NCBI GenBank assembly: GCA_004560045.1
Contig: SFWF01000001.1
Location: 9,524-73,523, forward strand
From: a bacterium
GTDB taxonomy: Bacteria; Bacillota; Clostridia; Oscillospirales; Acutalibacteraceae
Reading direction: 5' to 3'
DNA length: 64,000 nt
Shown: positions 18,985-27,037 of the stretch, one piece after another
Numbering within the stretch: the first letter of the stretch is position 1
Layout of the letters: each line of letters starts with the position of its first letter
Program-made: the position numbers and the translations under genes
The notes under the pieces: generated by a model
What the model was told of the DNA's origin: nothing
What the model saw: the letters and a program-made list of their open reading frames with translations, nothing else
Database searches by the model: none

Positions 18985-20088
18985 ATGATGTTACAAAAAG
19001 TAAAGACCTTTTTCGCGAAATACGGCGAAAAGGCACAGGACACGGCTAAGCGTGGCATTAAGGCAGCGGTAAACGTTACCCTCGCCGCCCTTTTGGTAGC
19101 CGTAACCTTTATAGTATCGGCGCAGACCGTATCCATCACCGACGGCGAAAACCGCTTCTCGGTCAAGGGATACACCGAGGACGTAGGAGTCCTTGTTGCC
19201 GGACTCGAGCTAAAAAGCAATAAATATGAAGTAGTCGACGTTAAAAACGAGCTTTTCTCTACCGAGGTAAGCATTGAATATCTCCTTCCCCTTACCGTTA
19301 AGATAGGCGACAAGACCTCTACCTACGACGTTAGGGCGGGAAAACTCGGCGACATATTAAAGGACCTCAATATCGAGGTCGAGGATCACGATATTTTAAG
19401 CTGTTCCCTCGACACCTTCGTCGATAAGGCTCAGTCTTTAGAGATCACCGACGTCGAATACGACGTTGAGGTGTTTACCGAATCTATCCCCTATAGCTCG
19501 GACGTAGTTTTTTCCGACAAGTACGACACCAACACCAAGTTCACCACCGGCGGCAAGGCCGGAACCAAGACGGTTACCTGCTCGGTAAAGTACGTTAACG
19601 GTGTTAAGGTTTCTACCGAGGTTTTAAGAGAAGAGATAACCGAGTACGCCGTCGACAGCAAAACGGTCTACGGAACCAAAGCTCCTCAGCATACCGCTTC
19701 GGGTATCGTTGCGGCGTCCAGCGTTGCCTGCATTTCGAAGCTTACGGCTCCCTCTAACCTTTTACTTGACAAAAACGGAGCTCCCGTAAAGTATTCCTCA
19801 AAGGTAACCCTTCGCGCCACCGCCTACACTCACACCGGCCACAAGACCTCTACAGGCGTATGGCCCAAGCCCGGCTACGTTGCGGTCGATCCCAAGGAGA
19901 TTCCCTACGGAACCAAGATGTATATCGTATCCTCCGACGGAAAATACGTTTACGGATACGCTATCGCGGCCGATACCGGCGGATTCATCTACGGAAACCG
20001 CGCCGATATGGACCTCTTCCTCGACAGCGAGGCCGAATGTGTTAAATTCGGAAGAAGAAATATTACGGTATATTTCCTTGAAGACTAA
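18985..20088 (+). CDS. YabE-like cell-wall protein (DUF348/G5 plus C-terminal 3D domain)
   Basis: Track ORF 18949..20088. I prefer ATG 18985 after AAGGAG. It has a TM anchor, and the C-terminal ATAYTHTGHKTSTG...VAVDP..IPYGTKMYI...GYAIAADTGG is a 3D (MltA-like) domain. Confidence 0.8.
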   Translation: MMLQKVKTFFAKYGEKAQDTAKRGIKAAVNVTLAALLVAVTFIVSAQTVSITDGENRFSVKGYTEDVGVLVAGLELKSNKYEVVDVKNELFSTEVSIEYLLPLTVKIGDKTSTYDVRAGKLGDILKDLNIEVEDHDILSCSLDTFVDKAQSLEITDVEYDVEVFTESIPYSSDVVFSDKYDTNTKFTTGGKAGTKTVTCSVKYVNGVKVSTEVLREEITEYAVDSKTVYGTKAPQHTASGIVAASSVACISKLTAPSNLLLDKNGAPVKYSSKVTLRATAYTHTGHKTSTGVWPKPGYVAVDPKEIPYGTKMYIVSSDGKYVYGYAIAADTGGFIYGNRADMDLFLDSEAECVKFGRRNITVYFLED

Positions 20089-20092
20089 TTTT

Positions 20093-20126
20093 AATCCCCC
20101 ATCGGTACTGATGGGGGATTCTTTTA
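20093..20126. terminator. Terminator between the convergent YabE-like and PHP genes
   Basis: AATCCCCCATC-GGTACT-GATGGGGGATT (11-bp arms) followed by CTTTT. Confidence 0.65.
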
Positions 20127-20129
20127 CGT

Positions 20130-21128
20130 TTATACGTCGTAGACCTGAGTCCAGGCTTTTTTACCGTTTTTATCGGTTACGGTTATTCTGAACCAGGAAT
20201 CGGCCTCGGTAAGCTTAAATTCGGCACAGTTTACCCTTTCGCCGACAGCCGCGTATTTTCGGTCGGTACGGCGGCCACTCGTTATAAGGTTAGCGCAGAC
20301 GCAGTCGGAAAATTCAATCTTAGCCACACCGTCCTCCACGATAAGAGACCTTATCTCGGGTCCCGAGGAGGCGTAGAAGTCGCCTACCTTAAGAGAATGC
20401 ATAATATCCTTATAGGTAAGGCTTGGGGCCGCTATCTGAACCCAGCCGCCCCAGGCATCGCAGCCGGGAGCCTCGCGGTAGCCGTGAGCATCGTCGGCGG
20501 CGGTACAGAAAATAGGCTTGCCCGCTCTCCAGAAATCGTCCAAAACGTGCTCGTCGTAAAAGCCGCAGGCATTTGCGCAGGCATAGTTATATATCTCAAC
20601 CGCAAAAAATCCGTCGTAGTTAAGATAATCGGTGGCGTTTTCCAGCGACCAGGTAGGATGATTATAGGAAACGATAAAGCCCTTTTCCTTTGCGATAGCC
20701 ACCATTTCGTTTATTCCCTCGGGGGAATATACCCGCTGGTACTCTCCTTCGTGCCGTATAAGGTCACGGTTAAGATCTTTTACATAATGATCGTAGACCG
20801 AGTTATAGCAGGGGGTAACGGTGTTTTCGGGGTCTAACGCGTAGAAGTTAAGGTGAGCTACACGCATCTGATGATTTTTAAGGGTAGACTGCTCGGGGAA
20901 TTCCTTTATTGCGACCTCGCAGGAGGTAATGGCAAGAAAATCTTCGTCGTTTAGATGAGAATTGTCGATAAGGTGCTCATGGTCGGTAAAGGCCACCACC
21001 GAATAACCCCTCTTTTTATACGACTCCTTTATCTCCTCCACCGAAAGCCTTCCGTCGGAATAGGTAGAGTGTGTATGCAGGTTAGCCTTGTAAAATTTTT
21101 TCTCTTTATCTATTAAAACACGCTTCAT
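20130..21128 (-). CDS. PHP-domain metal-dependent phosphoesterase
   Basis: Track ORF. I prefer ATG 21128 (AAAGGA RBS). It has the ANLHTHSTYSDG motif. Confidence 0.75.
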   Translation of the reverse strand: MKRVLIDKEKKFYKANLHTHSTYSDGRLSVEEIKESYKKRGYSVVAFTDHEHLIDNSHLNDEDFLAITSCEVAIKEFPEQSTLKNHQMRVAHLNFYALDPENTVTPCYNSVYDHYVKDLNRDLIRHEGEYQRVYSPEGINEMVAIAKEKGFIVSYNHPTWSLENATDYLNYDGFFAVEIYNYACANACGFYDEHVLDDFWRAGKPIFCTAADDAHGYREAPGCDAWGGWVQIAAPSLTYKDIMHSLKVGDFYASSGPEIRSLIVEDGVAKIEFSDCVCANLITSGRRTDRKYAAVGERVNCAEFKLTEADSWFRITVTDKNGKKAWTQVYDV

Positions 21129-21147
21129 TTTAAATATCCTTTTCAAA

Positions 21148-21173
21148 AGAAAATCGGCCGCAGAAAGCGGCCG
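21148..21173 (-). terminator. Rho-independent terminator after asp23
   Basis: CGGCCGC-TTTCT-GCGGCCG followed by ATTTTCTTTT on the minus strand. Confidence 0.6.
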
Positions 21174-21189
21174 TGTTAAAAAACTAAGC

Positions 21190-21537
21190 TTAGTCTTCGT
21201 CGGATTCGGTAAGATCGACTCCCGCGATATTGACGTTTACCTTGGTAACGGCATTGGAGGTCATACTCTGAACCTTATCCTTAACGCTCAGCTGAACGGC
21301 CTCGCCGACCTGCTTCGCGTTGGCGGTTTTGGAGATAGTGATATAGAGGTTGATCACAACGGCGCCGTTCTTGATCTCGGCATGAACCGGCTTAAAGACC
21401 GAGCGTCTGGCGATAACGTTTCTTATATCGACGGTTTTAGCCGCCATAGCAGCAACTCCGGGAACCTCAAGGGTAGCCATAGCCGCCATGCTTTCTATTA
21501 CTTCCAGGTTGATGGAAAGTCCGCTTCTTCCTGCCAT
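21190..21537 (-). CDS. Asp23/Gls24-family protein (YqhY-like)
   Basis: Track ORF with the Asp23 signature (EVPGV..., VNVNIAGVD). It sits downstream of spoIIIAH, as yqhY does in Bacillus. Confidence 0.85.
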   Translation of the reverse strand: MAGRSGLSINLEVIESMAAMATLEVPGVAAMAAKTVDIRNVIARRSVFKPVHAEIKNGAVVINLYITISKTANAKQVGEAVQLSVKDKVQSMTSNAVTKVNVNIAGVDLTESDED

Positions 21538-21575
21538 TTAAGTACCTCCGTAAAAATAAGTTATGCTTTTAGATT

Positions 21576-21603
21576 ATTATACCACAAAATTTAAAAAGGT
21601 AAA
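21576..21603 (-). promoter_or_regulatory. Extended -10 promoter for asp23
   Basis: Minus strand: TTTACC, 16-nt spacer, TGgTATAAT. Confidence 0.4.
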
Positions 21604-21618
21604 GAGTTTTTTGCTATT

Positions 21619-22155
21619 TTATTTATCGGAGCTTATTATCTTTATCTGCGGCAGGGCAAAATCGGTCTGAGCAATTACGGCATCCTGAATTTTTACGGTT
21701 GCCGCCGAGTCGATGGGACCCTCCACTATTACGTTTACATCCTCGTCGCCGATAACCGCCAAAACGCTTTCGAAGCCCTTGGCCTTAAGAAGGGTCTCTA
21801 TTGCCGATTCCTTTTCGGCCGCCGATGCCAGCCGCTCGGTCTTTTCGGTAAGCTTCGCCTTCTGCTCGTCGGTCAGCTTATCGCTTTTAAGGCTTTCTTC
21901 AATTATCGATTGGGCTTCCTCTCTTGCCTCCTTGCGCTGTTTTCTCAGCTCCTTAAAGTAGTCGGACTCCTTACTTTCGCTGCTTACCGAGGCATTAACG
22001 AATTCGGCCTGCCCGAGATATTTCGAGGTTTCGTCCTTTTCTTTCTTTGCCGAGGCGTTGGTATAGTTCATATTAAGCCATATTGCGCCCGCCAGCGCCG
22101 CTATCATAACCGCCAACGCTATCTTTCCTTTTTTCGTTTTCTTATTACCCTTCAT
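21619..22155 (-). CDS. spoIIIAH: Stage III sporulation protein AH
   Basis: Track ORF. It has an N-terminal TM, a charged coiled region and a YscJ/FliF-like C-terminus, and is the last gene of the operon. Confidence 0.85.
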   Translation of the reverse strand: MKGNKKTKKGKIALAVMIAALAGAIWLNMNYTNASAKKEKDETSKYLGQAEFVNASVSSESKESDYFKELRKQRKEAREEAQSIIEESLKSDKLTDEQKAKLTEKTERLASAAEKESAIETLLKAKGFESVLAVIGDEDVNVIVEGPIDSAATVKIQDAVIAQTDFALPQIKIISSDK

Positions 22156-22160
22156 AGGTA

Positions 22161-22688
22161 TCAGCCTCCCTTACTCCCTATATGTATTTTTCGTGAGCTT
22201 ATATCCAGCGCCGCAGTTACGGCGCTTTTTATTTTTTCGGCAGTTTCCTCACTGCCGTAGCTACAGATTATGCTTACCCCCCGCACCCCCGGCATATAGG
22301 AGGTTACGACGAGAGGTACCTCGCCCCCCGAGGAATCCTCGACGGTTATATATTTATGCTCGCTTTCCTTGCTCGTAGCGCCGCCATCCTCTTTATTATT
22401 CTGCTTTATTTCCTCGGCGTATTTATATACGGGACCGCTGTCCAGCGTCAGGGTCACCACCGCGTCGCTATCGCCGCAGATCGCCTCGACCGTTCTTTTT
22501 ATATCGGCCTTAAGCTCTTCTACGTAAAGAAGGACCGAAAACTCCTCCTCGGCGTTTTTTTCGGGCTTTTCTTCCCCGCTTCCGATAAAGGAGGACAGGA
22601 AAATCAGCAGTATTCCGACTATTCCGACGATAAAAAGTATTCGGGCAAAGCTCTTATTTTTCATCAGCTCCGATATTTTTTCCTTCAT
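22161..22688 (-). CDS. spoIIIAG: Stage III sporulation protein AG
   Basis: Track ORF with an N-terminal TM and C-terminal GVRGVSIICSYG...AVTAALDI, as in SpoIIIAG. Confidence 0.85.
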   Translation of the reverse strand: MKEKISELMKNKSFARILFIVGIVGILLIFLSSFIGSGEEKPEKNAEEEFSVLLYVEELKADIKRTVEAICGDSDAVVTLTLDSGPVYKYAEEIKQNNKEDGGATSKESEHKYITVEDSSGGEVPLVVTSYMPGVRGVSIICSYGSEETAEKIKSAVTAALDISSRKIHIGSKGG

Positions 22689-23104
22689 CCGAAGATCACC
22701 CTGCAGTCGATTTCCAAAGCCTCAAGCACCGCCATCACCCCTTCCTCGTCGTCGGTACCGAACACGGTTATCTCAGTAATTATTATGTCGTCCGTCTCGT
22801 TTTTAGTAGCCTTTGCCGAAATTTCACCGAAATTAACCGAGTTTTTTCTTAAGGCCTCGGCTAAAAGGTACTCGGCACCCTGCTCAGACAGAGCAAGCTC
22901 CTCGGAGGAGGCAGGCTCGACCGTTTCGGGCAGGTCAAAGCTTATTTCGGTATCCTTAAAGCAGGATATAACGGCGCAGATAAAAACTATTCCGATTATG
23001 TATTTTCCGCTTTTTATAAGGCTTTTTCCCCGAAAGAGACCTGCCGCCGCAGAAAATACCGATACTGCGCAAAAGGCAAGGGCGAGCTCTCTTATTTTAT
23101 CCAT
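22685..23104 (-). CDS. spoIIIAF: Stage III sporulation protein AF
   Basis: Track ORF with two TM helices. Its size and operon position fit, and it overlaps both neighbours. Confidence 0.8.
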   Translation of the reverse strand: MDKIRELALAFCAVSVFSAAAGLFRGKSLIKSGKYIIGIVFICAVISCFKDTEISFDLPETVEPASSEELALSEQGAEYLLAEALRKNSVNFGEISAKATKNETDDIIITEITVFGTDDEEGVMAVLEALEIDCRVIFG

Positions 23105-24203
23105 TTCCGCCTCCCGCCACCACCGCCAGAGATATTATAAAAAGGGCGGCGGTAAAAAGCAGTACCCCAAGCAGGACCGCAAGGACGCTGTCGGCGGCAA
23201 CGAGGATGTCGAGGCGGTTTTTGACCCCTAAGGTTTCGGCCGCCACGGTCAGGGCATAAATTACCATTCTCCATATTATAAGCTCGATCAAAACGGGAAG
23301 CACAGTTACTGCCACCGCTACTGCGCCGAACATTCCAAAGGAGGTTTTAAGCAGGTTTAATGAACCGAGGAGGGTTGTAAGGGACTCGGAAAGGGCTCCG
23401 CCCGCAACGGGTACAAAGGAGCCTATCATAAATTTTGCGGTTTTTACCCCGAGGCCGTCGGCGGCTCGGTTAACCCCCGTCTGTACCGAAAGTATACCGA
23501 TAAAAAGGGTCAGAATAAGAGAAAGGCTCCATAATGCAGTCTTTTTTATCCCCTCGCCGAGGCGGTTTACTCCTCCTATCGGAGCCACCGAGCCCGCAAG
23601 CCCTACCCCTAAATAGCAGTTCATAAGAGGCAGTACCACGAAGGAGGCGATATTCGATACCGCCGAGGTTGCCGCAAGAAGCATAAAGCTCATCCCCGAG
23701 GCGGTAAGTCCCTTTCCCGATGCGGTTAAAATTCCCGCTAAAACGGGAATAAAGCCGGCCATCAGGGTCGTTATCCCCTTTACTGCCGAGCCGCAGACCG
23801 AGATAAAGGAAACTATCGGAGACACAAATATTGCGGCAGAGACAAGGGCAAACACGTAGGACACGGTATCCTCGTGAAGCCTAAGCCCCTCGAAGGTACC
23901 TGCCGCCGCGGTAACAAGTAAAAAAGCAAGCATGGTAAAGCCTGCCTTTAAGGGGGCCCTTGCGCCGTCCTTAAAGAAGGAGACGAGCTTCGAAAAAACG
24001 TTTTCGGCACCGAGATTATTTACCCATTCGGGGTCCCTCGGGTCTATTTCCATATCCTCTAAAATTTCGGCCGCACCGTCGCTCAGAAGGTCGTTTATAT
24101 CTCCTGCTCCGCTTGCGTCAAACTGCTCCGAGTAAAGACCTTCGGCCTTTGCGGGAATAGCAAAAACGAGCATAAAAAGCAGTATTAAAATCAGTTTTTT
24201 CAT
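23097..24203 (-). CDS. spoIIIAE: Stage III sporulation protein AE
   Basis: Track ORF. It has a signal peptide and is a polytopic membrane protein of the expected size and position. Confidence 0.9.
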   Translation of the reverse strand: MKKLILILLFMLVFAIPAKAEGLYSEQFDASGAGDINDLLSDGAAEILEDMEIDPRDPEWVNNLGAENVFSKLVSFFKDGARAPLKAGFTMLAFLLVTAAAGTFEGLRLHEDTVSYVFALVSAAIFVSPIVSFISVCGSAVKGITTLMAGFIPVLAGILTASGKGLTASGMSFMLLAATSAVSNIASFVVLPLMNCYLGVGLAGSVAPIGGVNRLGEGIKKTALWSLSLILTLFIGILSVQTGVNRAADGLGVKTAKFMIGSFVPVAGGALSESLTTLLGSLNLLKTSFGMFGAVAVAVTVLPVLIELIIWRMVIYALTVAAETLGVKNRLDILVAADSVLAVLLGVLLFTAALFIISLAVVAGGGNG

Positions 24204-24204
24204 A

Positions 24205-24591
24205 TTATTTTATAAGCTCTGCCGCAGTACTTAGTATCTGCTCCAAAAGGGGGAGAGAAATTATAAACACGGCACATCTTCCCGCAAGCTCGGCTCGGGA
24301 GGCAAGGGCCTGCTGACCCGCATCACGGCAGGCGTCGGCGATAAAGCCGGTTATAAGACAAACTCCGAGCGCCTTTAGAATTACGGTAAAATATTTAGTA
24401 TCGAGACCCGCTTCTTCTACGATGTTTCTAAGGGTAAAAAAGGAGTCGGTAAGTATTCCGAGGAGGTATAAAAACACACCTATCCCCGCCGCTATGCTAA
24501 CGAAAAAGGCATATTCACCCTTATATCTCGCCAGCATTATTGCGGCGGCAGAGGCCACGATTATCGCTCCTAAAAGAGAGGTCAGTTCCAT
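24205..24591 (-). CDS. spoIIIAD: Stage III sporulation protein AD
   Basis: Track ORF. The motif DACRDAGQQALASRAELAGR matches the SpoIIIAD core. Confidence 0.9.
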   Translation of the reverse strand: MELTSLLGAIIVASAAAIMLARYKGEYAFFVSIAAGIGVFLYLLGILTDSFFTLRNIVEEAGLDTKYFTVILKALGVCLITGFIADACRDAGQQALASRAELAGRCAVFIISLPLLEQILSTAAELIK

Positions 24592-24594
24592 TAT

Positions 24595-24789
24595 CTACAG
24601 TCCGAAAACCGATTTTACGGTTGAGAAAAGGTCGGCTATCATATTTACCACCATAAGCAGTACCACCACAAGGCCCGTCAGGGTAGTAAGCATCGCCTGC
24701 TCCTCCCTGCCCGAGCGGACGAGGACCTGATTTAAAACGGTTACGATTATTCCTATGGCCGCCACCTTGAATATAAGATCTACGTCCAT
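24595..24789 (-). CDS. spoIIIAC: Stage III sporulation protein AC
   Basis: Track ORF 24595..24936 trimmed to ATG 24789, giving the canonical 64-aa two-TM protein MDVDLIFKVAAIGIIVTVLNQVL... The longer form would overlap spoIIIAB. Confidence 0.85.
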   Translation of the reverse strand: MDVDLIFKVAAIGIIVTVLNQVLVRSGREEQAMLTTLTGLVVVLLMVVNMIADLFSTVKSVFGL

Positions 24790-24797
24790 TTTATCAC

Positions 24798-25241
24798 CTA
24801 TACAAGCATTACTGCGATAAAAAGGCCCGAAAAAATTCCTATCTTTCCGTAGAGCCCCGATTTTTCCTTTGCCTGCTCGGCGGCCAAGGTCTCCTGACCC
24901 CTGAAGAGATCGGAATATACCCTGCACCGCTCGCACTGCGACTCGGTATCTCCGAGACCAAGACCCTCGAAGAACTCCGACAAAAGCTTTTTATCGCTCT
25001 TTATAAGGTAGTCGGGCTCGAAGCACGGGGTAAGGTCTTGGTAGGTTATTCCCGCCCTGTCTCCGATCTCGGAAATAATTTCACCGATTTCGGAGCCTGT
25101 ACGTATTCGGTCGGAGAGCTCTCCTATAAAAAGACGGATCGCAGAGAGCCTTGACCGCCTTTCCTTAAGTCTCCAACCGAAATATATCCCCGTTCCCCAG
25201 CAGGCAAGGATCAAAGCCGCTATTCCGATGCCCTTAAGCAA
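24798..25241 (-). CDS. spoIIIAB: Stage III sporulation protein AB
   Basis: Track ORF of the expected size and position, overlapping spoIIIAA by 8 nt. Confidence 0.85.
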   Translation of the reverse strand: MLKGIGIAALILACWGTGIYFGWRLKERRSRLSAIRLFIGELSDRIRTGSEIGEIISEIGDRAGITYQDLTPCFEPDYLIKSDKKLLSEFFEGLGLGDTESQCERCRVYSDLFRGQETLAAEQAKEKSGLYGKIGIFSGLFIAVMLV

Positions 25242-26127
25242 GAATACCCTCCTCCATTCCTTTTAAAACCGAAAAGCCGCCTCCGGGACTTCTTTCCAAA
25301 AGCACGGCGTTTTCTATCGCTCCGCTGAGAAGTCCCCTTGTTACCGACCGCCTTTTAAGGTCGGCAAGGCTTTCTGCGTGGGCGGTGGTCAGTATCGCGA
25401 CCCCCGAAAAAAAGCTTTCTTCTATAAGCTCGAGCTCTCTGCCGTTTCCTACCTCATCGAAGGCTATGTACTGCGGAAACATTGTTCTGAGAGCCATTTC
25501 GGCTCCCTCTGCCTTAGAATAACCTTTTATAATATCGGTATTTACCCCCACGTCAAGACCGTCGCCGCATATTTCTCCCCTTGTATCCACCACACAGACC
25601 CGTTTTCCTCTATCCGAAAGCTGACGGACGAGGTCACGGAGCAGGGTGGTTTTTCCGCTTCCCGGTGGCCCCGCTATAAGCAGACCCCTTTCGCATAGGG
25701 GCAAAAGTCTATCTGCACAGCCCTTTATCTCGCGGGCAATTCGGATATTTACCGAGGTAACGTCGAAGCTGCCTCCCGAAAAGCTTCCGCATACCCCTGC
25801 TCTGCACCCGTGCCGCATAGAAAGATAGCCGTTTTTAAGCTCCCTTGTACGGGCATAGATCGAGCGGTCGGTTATTCGGAGTATTACCTCCTTAAGCTCG
25901 GCCTTGGTGATCTTAAGGGGGTCTTTCGGTATCAGGGTGGAGGCTACGGCGTCGGAGGATATATAAAACACCCTTGAGGCGGTAAGGCAGACGGGACGGT
26001 CCCTCCTCAGCCTTATTTCGAAGGTCTCGTTTTTCAGGAATTCGGGGAGACTGCTCAGAACCTTGGATATTCTTTCGGGCAGGGCATATAAAACGCAGGA
26101 AAATCTGTCCTTCTTTACGTCGTTCAT
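25234..26127 (-). CDS. spoIIIAA: Stage III sporulation protein AA (AAA+ ATPase)
   Basis: Track ORF 25234..26145 with Walker A GPPGSGKTT. I prefer ATG 26127 (AGGTGA 5 nt upstream). The ATG at 26145 is embedded in CATAAAAT, which resembles a sigma-E -10 (CATACA-T). That promoter call is speculative. Confidence 0.85.
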   Translation of the reverse strand: MNDVKKDRFSCVLYALPERISKVLSSLPEFLKNETFEIRLRRDRPVCLTASRVFYISSDAVASTLIPKDPLKITKAELKEVILRITDRSIYARTRELKNGYLSMRHGCRAGVCGSFSGGSFDVTSVNIRIAREIKGCADRLLPLCERGLLIAGPPGSGKTTLLRDLVRQLSDRGKRVCVVDTRGEICGDGLDVGVNTDIIKGYSKAEGAEMALRTMFPQYIAFDEVGNGRELELIEESFFSGVAILTTAHAESLADLKRRSVTRGLLSGAIENAVLLERSPGGGFSVLKGMEEGILA

Positions 26128-26217
26128 TTTCATCACCTGAAACATTTTATGTACAGGCTATGCTTTTTAGAACGCAAAAACGAAGGGACACCCGTAAAGA
26201 GGTGCGGTTATGGAAGA

Positions 26218-26248
26218 GGGACGAGGGCCTGGGGCCTAGGGCCGAGGG
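26218..26248 (+). other. Canonical G-quadruplex motif (five G-tracts) on the plus strand
   Basis: GGG-ACGA-GGG-CCT-GGGG-CCTA-GGG-CCGA-GGG, read directly from the sequence. Confidence 0.6.
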
Positions 26249-26285
26249 AAGAGGCAAGCGGTGCGGATAAAATTGAAAACTTAAA

Positions 26286-26306
26286 ATTGAAAGTTGAAAA
26301 TTGAAA
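26286..26306 (+). repeat. Three tandem heptamers (A/G)TTGAAA, plus a fourth ATTGAAA at 26272-26278
   Basis: ATTGAAA GTTGAAA ATTGAAA, read directly from the sequence. Confidence 0.9.
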
Positions 26307-26351
26307 ACGGATACCGAAGCAATATATCGGGAGGTTGTAGGGGAGGGCAAG
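26307..26351 (+). repeat. Direct repeat unit, copy 1 (45 nt)
   Basis: ACGGATACCGAAGCAATATATCGGGAGGTTGTAGGGGAGGGCAAG. It is identical to copy 2 except for one G in a G-run. Confidence 0.95.
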
Positions 26352-26614
26352 CGAAGCGCACGAGGCGGTAGTGAATGACGACACAATGCGTCGTCAGAAC
26401 CGCCGAGTGTAATTCCCCCTGGAGGGGGAAATGTCCGAAGGACAAAAGGGGGCCGTCTCCGGCTAGAGGACCGAGTCGCAACGAGACCCCCGACATCCCG
26501 AGCGGGACTTATTATTTAATTAAATATGGATTGTATGTTATCCCGTTTTGATTTGCGATATAGGGTTTCCCTCATCCACCGCTACGCGGTCCCCCTTCCC
26601 CCAAGGGAAGGCTG

Positions 26615-26660
26615 ACGGATACCGAAGCAATATATCGGGAGGTTGTAGGGGAGGGGCAAG
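26615..26660 (+). repeat. Direct repeat unit, copy 2 (46 nt)
   Basis: ACGGATACCGAAGCAATATATCGGGAGGTTGTAGGGGAGGGGCAAG, starting 308 nt after copy 1. Confidence 0.95.
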
Positions 26661-26786
26661 TCCCGCCCGCTTGCAAACTTGTTTTTTATAAAAGAAACAC
26701 GGCGGCGTTGTTTTTCTGTTTTACCCGTATCGCAATTATCTATCCACTATTCTGTTGCGGGAGGGACTTGCCCCTCCCCTACAACC
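26641..26786. repeat. 146-bp MITE-like unit: 30-bp inverted arms around an 86-bp AT-rich core
   Basis: GGTTGTAGGGGAGGGGCAAGTCCCGCCCGC (26641-26670) against the reverse complement of 26757-26786, GGTTGTAGGGGAGGGGCAAGTCCCTCCCGC. 29 of 30 positions match. The left arm overlaps repeat copy 2. Confidence 0.85.
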
Positions 26787-26970
26787 GCAACCGTAAAATT
26801 TTACAAAAACAAAGAGGAAATGCACCTAATTAGATACATTTCCTCTAATTTTACCCCTAATCATAACTTCCTTATGGCGTTTTTTTCATCTTCGGCTTCG
26901 CCGGGGGAAATATTGAGATTTAGGGAAGAGGGACGAGGGGATTTCCCGAATGAGAGATATAAATTTGTTT

Positions 26971-27002
26971 CCCCTCCTCCCTTTTCCCTCAGCCCTTGGC
27001 CC
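26971..27002 (-). other. Canonical G-quadruplex motif on the minus strand
   Basis: Minus strand reads GGG-CCAA-GGG-CTGA-GGG-AAAA-GGG-AGGA-GGGG. Confidence 0.6.
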
Positions 27003-27006
27003 TAAC

Positions 27007-27036
27007 AAAAACGACCACCTCACGGTGGTCATTTTT
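27007..27036. terminator. Bidirectional rho-independent terminator after yebC
   Basis: GACCACC-TCAC-GGTGGTC, flanked by AAAAA on the left and TTTTT on the right. Confidence 0.7.
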
Positions 27037-27037
27037 A

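Noticed and set aside
24595-24936. 113-aa version of the spoIIIAC ORF
   Set aside because: The N-terminal 49 residues overlap spoIIIAB (24798..25241) and are not SpoIIIAC-like. The ATG at 24789 gives the canonical 64-aa protein.
26307-26786. Possible CRISPR array
   Set aside because: There are only two direct copies, 308 nt apart, plus one inverted partial copy. The repeat is 45-46 nt with no regular spacing of 30-40 nt, and there are no cas genes in the window.
26147-27005. Track ORFs 26147..26386(-), 26281..26496(-) and 26679..27005(+) inside the repeat island
   Set aside because: Their translations are low-complexity products of the repeats (NFQLSILSFQF, GELHSAVLTT, PPPFSLSPWP). They have no RBS, overlap one another, and cross hairpins and repeat boundaries. 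I treat them as non-coding.
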